Below the pieces are notes generated by a model. It was not told the DNA's origin, searched no databases, and saw only the letters and a program-made list of their open reading frames with translations. Positions 20,072 through 31,324 of a stretch of 64,000 bases of DNA are shown piece by piece; positions within the stretch are counted from its first letter, which is position 1, and each line of letters begins with the position of its first letter. The DNA comes from Candidatus Eiseniibacteriota bacterium (GTDB taxonomy: Bacteria > Eisenbacteria > RBG-16-71-46), in the NCBI GenBank assembly GCA_041483195.1, contig JBGPFC010000015.1, positions 28,805 through 92,804 on the forward strand, written 5' to 3'. The translations under genes were made by a program, and so were the position numbers.

Positions 20072-20479
20072 GTGGAACGCGATGATGGAAGTCGGAACAT
20101 GAAGCGGGTGGTCTGGGGCATCTTCCTGATCGCGCTCGGGGCGATGTTCCTGCTCGAGCGGTTCGGCGTGATCGGGGATCCCCTGGACGGGAACTGGTGG
20201 CCGGCGATCTTCGTGGTGCTCGCCATCAATCACGTCATCGAGCGTCGCATCGGGTCGGCGCTGATGTTCGCATCGCTGGGGGCGTGGTTCTTCATCTGCG
20301 AGCTGCACTGGCAGGGATTCACGTACGGCAACTCGTGGCCGCTGCTGCTGGTGGGGATCGGCGCATCGATCGTCCTCAAGGCGCTCCTCAACGAGCGCCC
20401 CCGCGGCAGGGTGCGCGTCAACCTTGACCCTTTCGATCCCGCGGCGCGACGCGGACGCGGCGAGGTGGACCATGACTGA
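20072..20479 (+). CDS. LiaF/DUF5668-like transmembrane protein
   Basis: WGIFLIALG..FLL, WWPAI, SWPLLLVGIG; start could be ATG 20099. Confidence 0.7.
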   Translation: MERDDGSRNMKRVVWGIFLIALGAMFLLERFGVIGDPLDGNWWPAIFVVLAINHVIERRIGSALMFASLGAWFFICELHWQGFTYGNSWPLLLVGIGASIVLKALLNERPRGRVRVNLDPFDPAARRGRGEVDHD

Positions 20480-20768
20480 ATCGAGCATGACGCGCGAACG
20501 CATCGCGTGGACGGCCGCGGTCGCGATGCTCGCGACCGGCGCGGGCTGGCTGGCGCTGATCGCCACCGCGCTACTGATCCGCAGCTGGGGAGGTGGGCTG
20601 CCCGCCCCGCTGGTCGCAGCGCGGGCGCTGCTGCGGGTGATGTGGGAGCTCGCGGCGCAGGGCGCGGGAGGCGTCCTCGCCGTCGTGATCTTCGCGGGGT
20701 TCGCGGCGCTCATCGCGTGGGCCGTGCGGCGCGCGAACCGGTTCGAGAGGGGAGTGCGCCATGCCTGA
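20472..20768 (+). CDS. Small hypothetical membrane protein
   Basis: Two hydrophobic segments; overlaps both neighbours; GAGG RBS. Confidence 0.55.
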   Translation: MTESSMTRERIAWTAAVAMLATGAGWLALIATALLIRSWGGGLPAPLVAARALLRVMWELAAQGAGGVLAVVIFAGFAALIAWAVRRANRFERGVRHA

Positions 20769-21546
20769 GATCGATCTCGGCGGGGGAGGCCGCGCCCGCT
20801 TCTACGGGGTGCGCGTCCACGGCCGGCTCGGCAGCATCCTGTTCGGGTTGACCGTCATCGCGGTCGGCGTGGTGTTCACGCTGGACCACTTCGGGATCAT
20901 CGCCGCCTCGCGCTTCCTGCCGTGGTGGCCGGTCGCGCTCATCGCGTACGGCCTCGCGCGGCTCACCGGGCTGGGCTGCCGCACGCACATCGTCGCCGGC
21001 GCGGGGTTCACATTCGCCGGGGCGTGGATGCTGCTCCACAACCTGCATTACATCCGCTACGACATCTGGGACGTGTGGCCGCTGCTGCTCATCCTGATCG
21101 GCGTCTCGCTGGTGTCGAGCGCGATCGCGCGCGGCCGCGACGCGGCGCGTATCGACTCGGCGCCGATCGGCTCGACGACCGGCGCCGACTCCCGGGCGGA
21201 GGGCGTGGACACCGGATCGTCCCTCAACGCTTTCGCGGTGATGTCGGGCAGCACCCGCAAGATCGTGACCAACGACTTCCGCGGCGGCGAGGTGATCGCG
21301 ATCATGGCGGGGCACGACATCGACCTGCGCGCGGCGCGCATCGCGAGCGGGACCGCGACCATCGACCTGCTGGTGTGGTGGGGAGGCGTGGACATCTGGG
21401 TGCCCGAGGATTGGAAGGTCTCGTGCGAGGCGATGCCGCTGATGGCGGGCGTCGAGGACCACACCCGGCCGCCTGCGGCGGAGGTGAAGGGCCACCTGAT
21501 TCTCAAGGGCCTGGTCGTGATGGGCGGCGTCGAGGTGAAGAACTAG
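20761..21546 (+). CDS. LiaF-like protein (DUF5668 TM region plus C-terminal beta domain)
   Basis: WWPV, WPLLLILIG, FRGGEVIAIMAGHDIDLR, WGGVDIWVPEDW, MGGVEVKN. Confidence 0.78.
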   Translation: MPEIDLGGGGRARFYGVRVHGRLGSILFGLTVIAVGVVFTLDHFGIIAASRFLPWWPVALIAYGLARLTGLGCRTHIVAGAGFTFAGAWMLLHNLHYIRYDIWDVWPLLLILIGVSLVSSAIARGRDAARIDSAPIGSTTGADSRAEGVDTGSSLNAFAVMSGSTRKIVTNDFRGGEVIAIMAGHDIDLRAARIASGTATIDLLVWWGGVDIWVPEDWKVSCEAMPLMAGVEDHTRPPAAEVKGHLILKGLVVMGGVEVKN

Positions 21547-21549
21547 GCC

Positions 21550-22659
21550 ATGCACCCGCTGCTGGTGGGCCGCCTGCGCCTCTCGCTCTACCTCGCCGCC
21601 TGGGCCGGGGTGTGCGCGCTGCTCGTCGCGCTGCTGGTCCTGACGCGGCCGCGGCCGGTGAGCGAGGCGCTGTTGTTCGTGGGGCCGCTCACGCTGATCT
21701 ACGCGTCGGTGTGTCTGAGCGCGTGGTGGGTGTGTCGCGCGCACCCGCTCGAGACCACCCCGCGGACCCGGCTGATCGGCACGCTCTCCGGGACCGCGGC
21801 GCAGTCGAGCGTGCTGTGGGTGGCGATGGGCGCGGCGTGGGCGGTGGCCCTCTCGCACGTCGCGCACATCGGGAGCGATCGCGCGGGGATGTTCCGCGAT
21901 CTCACGCTGCTGTTCGTCGCCGGGATCGTCCTCTACGCGCAGTCCATCGCCGCGCACTACTTCCTGCTCGCGTTCGAGTCGGCGCGCGGCGCCGAACGGC
22001 GCGTGCTCGAGTCGCAGGTCACCGCCCGCGAGGCGGAGCTGCGGGCGCTGCGCGCGCAGCTCAACCCGCACTTCCTGTTCAACAGCCTGAACTCGATCAG
22101 CGCGCTGGCCGGAGCGGATCCCGAAGCCGCTCGTCGCATGTGCGTCCTGCTCGGCGATTTCCTGCGCATGAGCCTCGCCCTCGGCGGCCGCGGGCGCGTC
22201 GCGTTCGCCGAGGAGCTGGCGCTCGCCGAACGCTATCTCGCGATCGAGCAGGTGCGCTTCGGCGCCCGGCTCGGAGTCGAGAAGCACATCACCCCCGAGG
22301 CGAGCGCGTGCCTGGTGCCCCCGCTGCTCATCCAGCCGCTCATCGAGAACGCGGTCAAGCATGGCGTCGCCGACCGGGTCGAGGGCGGCGTGGTGCGGAT
22401 CGACGCCCGGCGCGCGGGCGTCGCGCTCGAGGTGACGGTCGAGAATCCTCGCGATCCCGAGGCGCCGCCGCGGCGCGGCCACGGCCTCGGCCTCGAGAAC
22501 GTGCGCCAGCGGCTCGCGGCCCTCGACCCGCGCGGCACCCGCGTTGACGTGTTCCGCGAGCCCGAACGGTTCCGCGTGATGCTCACCCTGCCCGCGGTGG
22601 TCGGCGTCGCGGAAGCGGAAGCCGCGCCGGGCGAATCGGGAGGCCGCGATGGCGCCTGA
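21550..22659 (+). CDS. LytS/YehU-family sensor histidine kinase
   Basis: LRAQLNPHFLFNSLN, IEQVRFG, QPLIENAVKHG, GLGLENVRQRL. Confidence 0.93.
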   Translation: MHPLLVGRLRLSLYLAAWAGVCALLVALLVLTRPRPVSEALLFVGPLTLIYASVCLSAWWVCRAHPLETTPRTRLIGTLSGTAAQSSVLWVAMGAAWAVALSHVAHIGSDRAGMFRDLTLLFVAGIVLYAQSIAAHYFLLAFESARGAERRVLESQVTAREAELRALRAQLNPHFLFNSLNSISALAGADPEAARRMCVLLGDFLRMSLALGGRGRVAFAEELALAERYLAIEQVRFGARLGVEKHITPEASACLVPPLLIQPLIENAVKHGVADRVEGGVVRIDARRAGVALEVTVENPRDPEAPPRRGHGLGLENVRQRLAALDPRGTRVDVFREPERFRVMLTLPAVVGVAEAEAAPGESGGRDGA

Positions 22660-23413
22660 GCCCCGCACCCTGCGCGCCGTGATCGTTGACGACGAGGCGC
22701 CGGCGCGCGCGCTGCTGCGCGAGTATCTCTCCGCGCACGGCGACATCGCGATCGTCGGCGAATGCACCAACGGCTTCGAGGCGGTGAAGACGATCGGCGA
22801 GCTCCGGCCCGACCTCGTGATGCTCGACGTGCAGATGCCGAAGCTCGACGGCTTCGAGGTGCTCGAACTCCTCGACCGCCCGCCCGCCGTGGTGTTCGTC
22901 ACGGCCTACGACGAGTACGCGCTGAGGGCGTTCGAAGTCCACGCGGTGGACTACGTGCTGAAGCCGATCGGGCGCGATCGCGTGAACGAGGCGGTTGCCC
23001 AGGTGCGCGCGCGCCTGAGCGGCCAGGCCCCATCGGCGCCGCCGGCCTCGGCCGCCTCGCTCGCGGCCGCCGCGCGCGCGCCGGGGCAGTTCGTCGAGCG
23101 CGTGCTGGTCAGGGATGGCGCGCAGGTGCACGTCATCCCGGTCGAGCGCCTCGACTGGATCGAGGCGCAGGACGACTACGTCGCGATCCGCGCCGACGGC
23201 AAGACCCATCTCAAGCCGCAGGCGCTCGCCGAGATCGCGAACGGGCTCGATCCCGCGCGTTTCGTGCGCATCCACCGTTCCTACGTGCTGAACGTCGAGC
23301 GGCTGGCGCGGCTCGAGCTCTACGCGAAGGACAGTCGCGTCGCGATCCTGAAGGACGGCAAGCAACTTCCGGTGAGCCGCGCCGGCTACGCGCGGCTGAA
23401 AGAGCTGCTGTAG
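22649..23413 (+). CDS. LytTR-family response regulator
   Basis: IVDDE, LDVQMP, FVTAY, LKP; FVRIHRSY. Confidence 0.95.
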   Translation: MAPEPRTLRAVIVDDEAPARALLREYLSAHGDIAIVGECTNGFEAVKTIGELRPDLVMLDVQMPKLDGFEVLELLDRPPAVVFVTAYDEYALRAFEVHAVDYVLKPIGRDRVNEAVAQVRARLSGQAPSAPPASAASLAAAARAPGQFVERVLVRDGAQVHVIPVERLDWIEAQDDYVAIRADGKTHLKPQALAEIANGLDPARFVRIHRSYVLNVERLARLELYAKDSRVAILKDGKQLPVSRAGYARLKELL

Positions 23414-23432
23414 CGGCGGCCCGCGTGACGCG

Positions 23433-24641
23433 ATGAACGGAGTGCCGGTCCGCTGCGACGTCGCGATCGCGGGCGGCGGGATCGTGGGGCTCGCGACCGC
23501 GATGGCGCTCTGCGAGCGGCCGGGACTCGCGGTGGTGGTGCTCGAAGCCGAACCCGAGATCGCGCTCCATCAGAGCGGGCGCAACAGCGGCGTCATCCAC
23601 TCCGGCCTCTACTACACGCCCGGCTCGCTCAAGGCGCGGTTGTGCGCGGAGGGCCGCGAGGCGATGTACGCGTTCTGCGCGGCGCACGGGGTGCCGCATG
23701 AGCGCTGCGGGAAGCTGGTGATCGCGACCGACGCACGCGAGCTGCCGGCGCTCGACCGGCTCGAGCGGCGCGGGCGCGAGAACGGGCTCCGGGGCCTGCT
23801 GCGACTGTCGCCGGCGGGGATCCGCGAACGCGAGCCGCATGCCGCCGGCCTCGACGCGCTGCTGGTGCCAGACACCGGCATCGTGGATTTCGCGGTGGTG
23901 ACGCGCGCGATGGCGGAGCGCGTGCGGGCCATGGGCGGGACGCTCGTGACGGGTGCGCGCGTGAGCGGCGCGCGCGCCTCCGGCGAGGGACTCGTGGTCG
24001 AGCACGCGCGCGGCGCGCTGCCCGCCCGGGTGCTGGTGGGTTGCGCCGGGCTCCACGCGGATCGCCTCGCGCGGGCCTGCGGCGTCGAGCCCGGGGTGAG
24101 GATCGCGCCCTTCCGCGGCGAGTACGCGCAGCTCGCGCCGCAGCGCCGGCATCTGGTGCGCCATCTCCTGTACCCGGTGCCCGACCCGCGATTTCCGTTT
24201 CTCGGGGTCCACTTCACCCGGCGGCCGGACGGCGCGATCGAGGCGGGGCCCAACGCCGTGCTCGCGCTGGCGCGCGAGGGTTATCGCGCCTCGAACGTCT
24301 CGCTGCGCGACACGAGCGAGCTGCTCGCATGGCCCGGCTTCTGGCGGATGGGGCTCGCGCACTGGCGGATGGGGCTCGCGGAGGGCCGGCGCGCGTCGAG
24401 CCGTGATGCGCTGCTGGCCGCGCTGCGCCGCCTCGTCCCCGAGCTGAAGTCCGTCGATCTCGCGGCGGGCCGCACCGGGGTGCGCGCGCAGGCGCTCGCG
24501 CGCGACGGCACGCTGGTTGACGACTTCCACATCGTCGAGAGCGATCGCAGCCTTCACGTGCTGAACGCGCCGTCGCCGGCCGCCACCGCCTCGATCGCGA
24601 TCGGGCGATGGATCGCGAGCCGGACGCTCGAGCGGCTCTAG
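23433..24641 (+). CDS. lhgO: L-2-hydroxyglutarate oxidase
   Basis: HQSGRNSGVIHSGLYY, YPVPDPRFPFLGVH, GVRAQA, NAPSPAATAS. Confidence 0.9.
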   Translation: MNGVPVRCDVAIAGGGIVGLATAMALCERPGLAVVVLEAEPEIALHQSGRNSGVIHSGLYYTPGSLKARLCAEGREAMYAFCAAHGVPHERCGKLVIATDARELPALDRLERRGRENGLRGLLRLSPAGIREREPHAAGLDALLVPDTGIVDFAVVTRAMAERVRAMGGTLVTGARVSGARASGEGLVVEHARGALPARVLVGCAGLHADRLARACGVEPGVRIAPFRGEYAQLAPQRRHLVRHLLYPVPDPRFPFLGVHFTRRPDGAIEAGPNAVLALAREGYRASNVSLRDTSELLAWPGFWRMGLAHWRMGLAEGRRASSRDALLAALRRLVPELKSVDLAAGRTGVRAQALARDGTLVDDFHIVESDRSLHVLNAPSPAATASIAIGRWIASRTLERL

Positions 24642-24658
24642 GGGGCGCTCGCCGGCGG

Positions 24659-24686
24659 TTCCAACGCGCGCCGTCGATGCTACAAT
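24659..24686 (+). promoter_or_regulatory. Possible sigma70 promoter with extended -10
   Basis: TTCCAA-N16-TACAAT with TG upstream of -10. Confidence 0.4.
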
Positions 24687-24785
24687 GGGTGGCTCGACGC
24701 GAGACGCCTGATCCGGCACGACCGCCCCCGATGTCCTGGCCGCCCGGATCGATGAAGCACCCGCCTGGACGCCGAACCCGAGCTC

Positions 24786-26453
24786 ATGACCGATTCGAAA
24801 TGGTTCGAGTCGAAACCGTTCGTTCGCATCGCGCGGATCGCCACCGCGGTGCTCGCCGCCCTGTCGGCCTCGGCGCTGCTCGCCATCGCGTGGCTCCTGC
24901 TGTTCGCGCCGCCCGGGGCCGCGATGTCCGGGCTGGTCGCGGACGACGCCGGGTACTACATCGCGATCGCCCGGAACTTCGCCCTCGGCTTCGGCGCGAG
25001 CTTCGATCGCCTGCATCCGACCAACGGGTTCAACCCGCTCGAGTTCGCCGTGCTGTCGGGGGTGTTTCGCCTGCTGCCCCGTTCGCTGCCGGTCCTCGCG
25101 TGCTACCGCGCCGCGATGCTCGCGGATTTCCTGGTGGGACTGGCCGGCCTCTGGCTCTTCATGCGGCTGGTGTCGAGGAGGCTCGCCGCCCCGGCGTTCG
25201 GGGGCGAGTCGCGCCGCCTCATGCTCGCAGCTTGCGCGGCCTTCTACGCCATGTTCGTCCTGGCCAAGAGCCACTACGGCGTCGACGCGTGGCTCGTGCT
25301 GCTGATCGGCAACGCGTACTTCGTGCGCGTGCAGAAGCGCGGCCTGCTCGCGCCCGGGGCGGGGGCGGCCGTGGCGGACGGAGCGTTGCTGGGGCTCGTG
25401 TTCCTGGCTCGAGTGGACAGCCTGCCGCTGCTGGTGGCGGCCTTCGGCCTGATGGGGCTGCTCGCGATCGGAACGCGAGGTGCCTGGCGCGGGATCGGCG
25501 TGCGCGCGTCGATCTGCGCGCTGTTGGCCGCGCCGTTCGTGGTGTCGAACCAGATTCAGTTCGGGACCTGGCTGCCGGTCTCCGCACACATCAAGTCCGC
25601 GTTCCCAAGGATCGACGTCGCCGCCAGCCTGGCCGTGATTCGCCACAGCTCGCTCCCGCCCCTCGACCAGTTCGCCTTCCTCGTGGCGTTCGTCGGGTCG
25701 CTGGTCACCACGGTCTGGCTGTTGAGCCGCGCGCGACGCGACGGCGTGCGGGAGGCACTAAGCGATGGTCCCTCGCAATTGCTCGCCGTGATGTCGCTCT
25801 ACGTGCTGGCACGCCTCTCGTACATGCTGCTCTTCAGCCGCTGCGACGTGCAGGGCAGCTACGGCATCCTGTCCCACGTCTACAACGTCCTGGGCTTCGT
25901 CACGCTGATCGAGGCCGCCGCCGCGCGGACCGGCGCGCGCTCGCGGCGGCTCGCGTCATCGGTGGTCGTCGCGGGCGCGGCCGCGCTCGCGGCGTTCTCC
26001 CTCGCGGTGCTCGCCCTGAAAGTCCAGGTATTGATGGGACGGTCCGCGCAGCGCGTCCACGAGGGGTGGGTGGACGACGCGACGTTCGGCGAGGCCGTGC
26101 GGCGGGCCACACCGGAGGGCGCTGTGATCTTCGGCGGCTCGTTCGGCGTCGCCGGGCTGTTCGCCGACCGTGCGTGGATCAACGGCGACGGGGTCGCGAA
26201 TTCCTACGCGTACCAGCGTGCGCTCGCGGCCGGCGCGCTCCGCGAATATCTTCACGCGAATCGCGTCGGGTTCGTGGCTTTCCTGTCCGACTCGGCGACT
26301 TTGCGCGGCGTGGCGCCGATCCCGGTCAACGTGACGGGGGCCCTGTCGGGCCGCGTGAATACCATCGAGATCGATCCGCGCGACGCGGTGCTCGCCCGGC
26401 GCGTGGCGCGCGGCGCCGGCCCGCTCTGCGTCATCGCGCGGTATCGGCCCTGA
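24786..26453 (+). CDS. Polytopic membrane protein, GT-C glycosyltransferase-like
   Basis: DDAGYYIAIARN, TNGFNPL, ARVD, INGDGVAN; multiple TMs. Confidence 0.68.
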   Translation: MTDSKWFESKPFVRIARIATAVLAALSASALLAIAWLLLFAPPGAAMSGLVADDAGYYIAIARNFALGFGASFDRLHPTNGFNPLEFAVLSGVFRLLPRSLPVLACYRAAMLADFLVGLAGLWLFMRLVSRRLAAPAFGGESRRLMLAACAAFYAMFVLAKSHYGVDAWLVLLIGNAYFVRVQKRGLLAPGAGAAVADGALLGLVFLARVDSLPLLVAAFGLMGLLAIGTRGAWRGIGVRASICALLAAPFVVSNQIQFGTWLPVSAHIKSAFPRIDVAASLAVIRHSSLPPLDQFAFLVAFVGSLVTTVWLLSRARRDGVREALSDGPSQLLAVMSLYVLARLSYMLLFSRCDVQGSYGILSHVYNVLGFVTLIEAAAARTGARSRRLASSVVVAGAAALAAFSLAVLALKVQVLMGRSAQRVHEGWVDDATFGEAVRRATPEGAVIFGGSFGVAGLFADRAWINGDGVANSYAYQRALAAGALREYLHANRVGFVAFLSDSATLRGVAPIPVNVTGALSGRVNTIEIDPRDAVLARRVARGAGPLCVIARYRP

Positions 26454-26720
26454 GTCTCCCACCCGGTGCCGCAGCCGCTCCGGACGCCGGCCCGGCCGGC
26501 CCTGCCATTCGCGGCGGCCCGCCTGTCAGGATGTCGGCCGATGCGCGATTTGCCCGGGCCCGACGCGGACTCGCGGGCTCCCGCGGCGCGAGATCGCGCG
26601 GGGTGCGGTGTCCCGTAACCGTCGATCCCGCCTGAAGAACACGGTTGCGCGCGCCTTCCGTGCGAGGCCATTATTCGCCGCGGTGTGCGGATCGAACTCA
26701 CCCGAGCCCGTCCCGGCGAC

Positions 26721-26736
26721 TGGCGTGCAAGTTGCT
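26721..26736 (+). promoter_or_regulatory. Sigma54-like -24/-12 promoter upstream of gdhA
   Basis: TGGCGTGCAAGTTGCT close to TGGCAC-N5-TTGCW. Confidence 0.6.
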
Positions 26737-26738
26737 GA

Positions 26739-28181
<1,443 letters not shown>

Positions 28182-28206
28182 TCCGGTCGTCGGGAGCAGC
28201 GGTTCG

Positions 28207-28235
28207 GCGCGGGGTGGACTCGTTCCACCCCGCGC
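28207..28235 (+). other. Perfect 12-bp intercistronic hairpin without U-tract
   Basis: GCGCGGGGTGGA-ctcgt-TCCACCCCGCGC between gdhA and next gene. Confidence 0.55.
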
Positions 28236-28257
28236 GTTCCGCTTCGAGGGGCCCACG

Positions 28258-31245
28258 ATGAGCGTATTCGCCGAGCCGGACCGCCCGCCCGGCGCCGGCA
28301 GCCCGCTGCAGGCGTTCCAGAGCCTGATGCCGTACCGGGTGCAGGACATCCTGCTGGTCTCGAGCCTGTACGACTCGTTCACCCTGCAGGAGGACGGCCG
28401 CCTCAACGAGCTCATCCTCGGAGAGTTCCTCGAGCTGAGCCTCCATCACACGCCGGGGATCACCCACGTCGCGAGCGGGCAGGAGGCGCTCGCGCTCGCC
28501 ACCCGCGAGCGCCGCTTCAACCTGATCCTCACCACCATCGAGCTCGGCGACATGGACGCGAGCCAGCTCGCGGCCGAGGTCAGGCGCCGCGGGCTCGACG
28601 CCCCGGTCATCGTGCTCGCGTACGACAACGTCGAGCGCAAGGAATTCGAGGCGCAGCGCGACACCTCGAACGTGGAGCGCATCTTCCTGTGGCAGGGCAA
28701 CGCGCGCATCCTGGTCGCGATCGTGAAGTACCTCGAGGACAAGCGGAACGTCGCTCACGACACGGCGGCGGTGGGCGTGCCGGTGATCCTGCTGGTCGAG
28801 GACAACATCCGCTACTACTCGTCGTTCCTGCCCACCATCTACACCGAGCTGATCCGCCAGTCCGAGCGCCTGATCAGCGAGGGGGTGAACCTCTCGCACA
28901 AGCGGGTCCGCATGCGGGCGCGGCCCAAGATCCTGCTCGCCAGCACCTTCGAGGAGGCGTGGGAGTTGTTCACGCGCTACCGCCCGTACGTGCTCGGCAT
29001 GATCTCCGACATCGAGTTCCCGCGGGGCGGCACCCTCACGCGCGGCGCGGGATTCGATCTCGCGCGCATGGCGCGCGCCGAGGTGCCCGATCTGCCGATC
29101 CTGCTCCAGTCGAGCCGCGTGGAGTTCGCGCCCGGCGCGCGTGAGGCGGGCGCCTCGTTCGTGCAGAAGTACTCGGCCACGCTGCTGGCCGACCTGCGGC
29201 GGTTCATGACCGAGCAGTTCGCGTTCGGCGACTTCGTGTTCCGCATGCCGGACGGGAGGGAGGTGGCGCGCGCGCGCGACCTGAAGAGCCTCGAGGACCT
29301 GCTGAGCACCGTGCCGGCCGAGAGCATCGGCTACCACGGCGAGCGTAACCACTTCTCGAACTGGTTCACGGCGCGCACCGAGTTCGCGCTCGCGCGCAAG
29401 CTGCGCCCGCGCAAGGTCTCGGACTTCCCGACGCTCGAGCACCTGCGCCGCAACCTGATCGCTTCGATCGCCGAGTACCGGCGCGAGCAGAACGAATCGC
29501 TGGTCGCCGACTTCCACCCCGACGGCTTCGACCCCGCTGGCGGATTCTTCGCGCGGATCGGAGGCGGCTCGCTCGGCGGAAAGGCCCGCGGGCTCGCGTT
29601 CGTGCGATACCTGCTCAACTACCACGACTTCGCCCGGCGCTTCGATGGCGTGCGCATCGGCGTGCCCCCCGCCGTGGTGCTGGCGACCGACGTGTTCGAC
29701 CGGTTCCTGGCGGAGCACCGCCTGCTGGACTGGGCGCTGCGCAGCCGCGACGACGCCGAGATCCTCCGCCGTTTCACAGCGGCCGCGCTCCCACGCGACG
29801 TGATCGCCGATCTCGCGGCGTTCCTCGAAGCGGTGCGCTGGCCGCTGGCGGTGCGTTCGTCGAGCCTGCTCGAGGATTCGCAGTATCAGCCGTTCACCGG
29901 CGTGTACGACACCTTCATGCTCCCCAACGACGAGGACGACACGCGCGTGCGGCTCGAGCGGCTGATGGAGGCGATCAAGCGCGTGTACGCATCGACCTTC
30001 TCCCGGCGCGCGAAGGACTACCTGCAGGCGACGCCCTACCGGCTCGAGGAGGAGAAGATGGCCGTGATCCTCCAGCGAGTGGTGGGGCGCGCGCACGGCA
30101 ACCGCTACTACCCGGATTTCTCGGGGGTGGCGCGTTCCTCCAACTTCTACCCGGTGCCGCCTGTGCAGTCCGAAGACGGCGTGGCCGCCGTCGCGCTCGG
30201 GCTCGGGCGCACGGTGGTCGAGGGGGAGAGCTGCCTCGCGTTCTCGCCGCGCCACCCGCAGGCGATTCTTCAATTCTCGTCGGTGGACGACATCCTCACC
30301 AACTCGCAGCGCGCATTCTGGGCGCTCGAGCTGGATCACGGCGCGGCGCCCGATCCCGGCGCCGCCGCCATGCGCGAGACCCGCTTCGGCCTCGAGACCG
30401 CTGAGGCGGACGGCACGCTGTCGGCGGTCGGCTCCACGTACTCGGCCGAGAACCACGCCATCTACGACGGCCTCGCGCGGTCCGGCGTGCGGCTGGTGTC
30501 GTTCGCGCCGGTGCTCAAGCACGGGGTGTTTCCGCTCGCGGAGCTGCTCGCGGAGCTGCTCGATGCCGGGCGGGGCGGCATGAACCGGCCGGCGGAGATC
30601 GAATTCGCGGTGCGCCTCGCGCGCGGGGGCGCGGAGAAGCACGAGTTCGGATTCCTCCAGCTGCGGCCGCTGGTGGTCGCGCGCGAGATGGAGGACCTGA
30701 GCGTCGAGGAGATCGATCCCGGCCGGCTGATCTGCTCGAGCCCGCGGGTGCTGGGCCATGGGCGGCTCGACATGCTGCGCGACCTCGTGGTGGTGGACGT
30801 TCACGCCTTCGACCGCGCTCTGAGCCGCTCGGTGGCGCAGGACATCGCGCGCTTCAACGAGGAGCTGGTCGCCGAGCGCCGCCCGTACCTGCTGATCGGC
30901 GTCGGACGATGGGGCTCGACCGATCCCTGGCTCGGGATCCCGGTGACGTGGGACCAGATCGCGGGCGCGCGTGCGATCGTCGAGTCGGGCTTCCGCGATT
31001 TCCGCGTGACGCCATCGCAGGGCAGCCACTTCTTCCAGAACCTCACGTCGTTCCAGATCGGGTTCTTCACCGTGAACGCCGAGGCGGGCGAGGGTTTCGT
31101 CGATTGGGAGTGGATCGCGGCCCAGCCCGCCGCGGGCCAGACCGCGAGCGTCAGGCACCTGCGCTTCGATCGTCCGCTGGTGGTGAAGATGAACGGCAAG
31201 CGCAACACCGGCGTCATCTACAAGCCGGGGCTCGCGCCGGAGTGA
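28258..31245 (+). CDS. REC-domain-containing PEP/pyruvate-binding (PPDK_N ATP-grasp) protein
   Basis: Two receiver-like domains (ILLVSS; LLVED...ISD...LQSS), GGKARGL, AVRSSSLLED, EKMAVILQ, VAALGLG, EIEFA, LQLRP, C-terminal PSQGSHFFQN. Confidence 0.85.
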   Translation: MSVFAEPDRPPGAGSPLQAFQSLMPYRVQDILLVSSLYDSFTLQEDGRLNELILGEFLELSLHHTPGITHVASGQEALALATRERRFNLILTTIELGDMDASQLAAEVRRRGLDAPVIVLAYDNVERKEFEAQRDTSNVERIFLWQGNARILVAIVKYLEDKRNVAHDTAAVGVPVILLVEDNIRYYSSFLPTIYTELIRQSERLISEGVNLSHKRVRMRARPKILLASTFEEAWELFTRYRPYVLGMISDIEFPRGGTLTRGAGFDLARMARAEVPDLPILLQSSRVEFAPGAREAGASFVQKYSATLLADLRRFMTEQFAFGDFVFRMPDGREVARARDLKSLEDLLSTVPAESIGYHGERNHFSNWFTARTEFALARKLRPRKVSDFPTLEHLRRNLIASIAEYRREQNESLVADFHPDGFDPAGGFFARIGGGSLGGKARGLAFVRYLLNYHDFARRFDGVRIGVPPAVVLATDVFDRFLAEHRLLDWALRSRDDAEILRRFTAAALPRDVIADLAAFLEAVRWPLAVRSSSLLEDSQYQPFTGVYDTFMLPNDEDDTRVRLERLMEAIKRVYASTFSRRAKDYLQATPYRLEEEKMAVILQRVVGRAHGNRYYPDFSGVARSSNFYPVPPVQSEDGVAAVALGLGRTVVEGESCLAFSPRHPQAILQFSSVDDILTNSQRAFWALELDHGAAPDPGAAAMRETRFGLETAEADGTLSAVGSTYSAENHAIYDGLARSGVRLVSFAPVLKHGVFPLAELLAELLDAGRGGMNRPAEIEFAVRLARGGAEKHEFGFLQLRPLVVAREMEDLSVEEIDPGRLICSSPRVLGHGRLDMLRDLVVVDVHAFDRALSRSVAQDIARFNEELVAERRPYLLIGVGRWGSTDPWLGIPVTWDQIAGARAIVESGFRDFRVTPSQGSHFFQNLTSFQIGFFTVNAEAGEGFVDWEWIAAQPAAGQTASVRHLRFDRPLVVKMNGKRNTGVIYKPGLAPE

Positions 31246-31324
31246 GGATTCCCAACGCGGACCGATCGCGCGCGGGCCGTGAACCACTTACGAATCGCCG
31301 GCCGGCGATTTCAAGGAGAGGACG

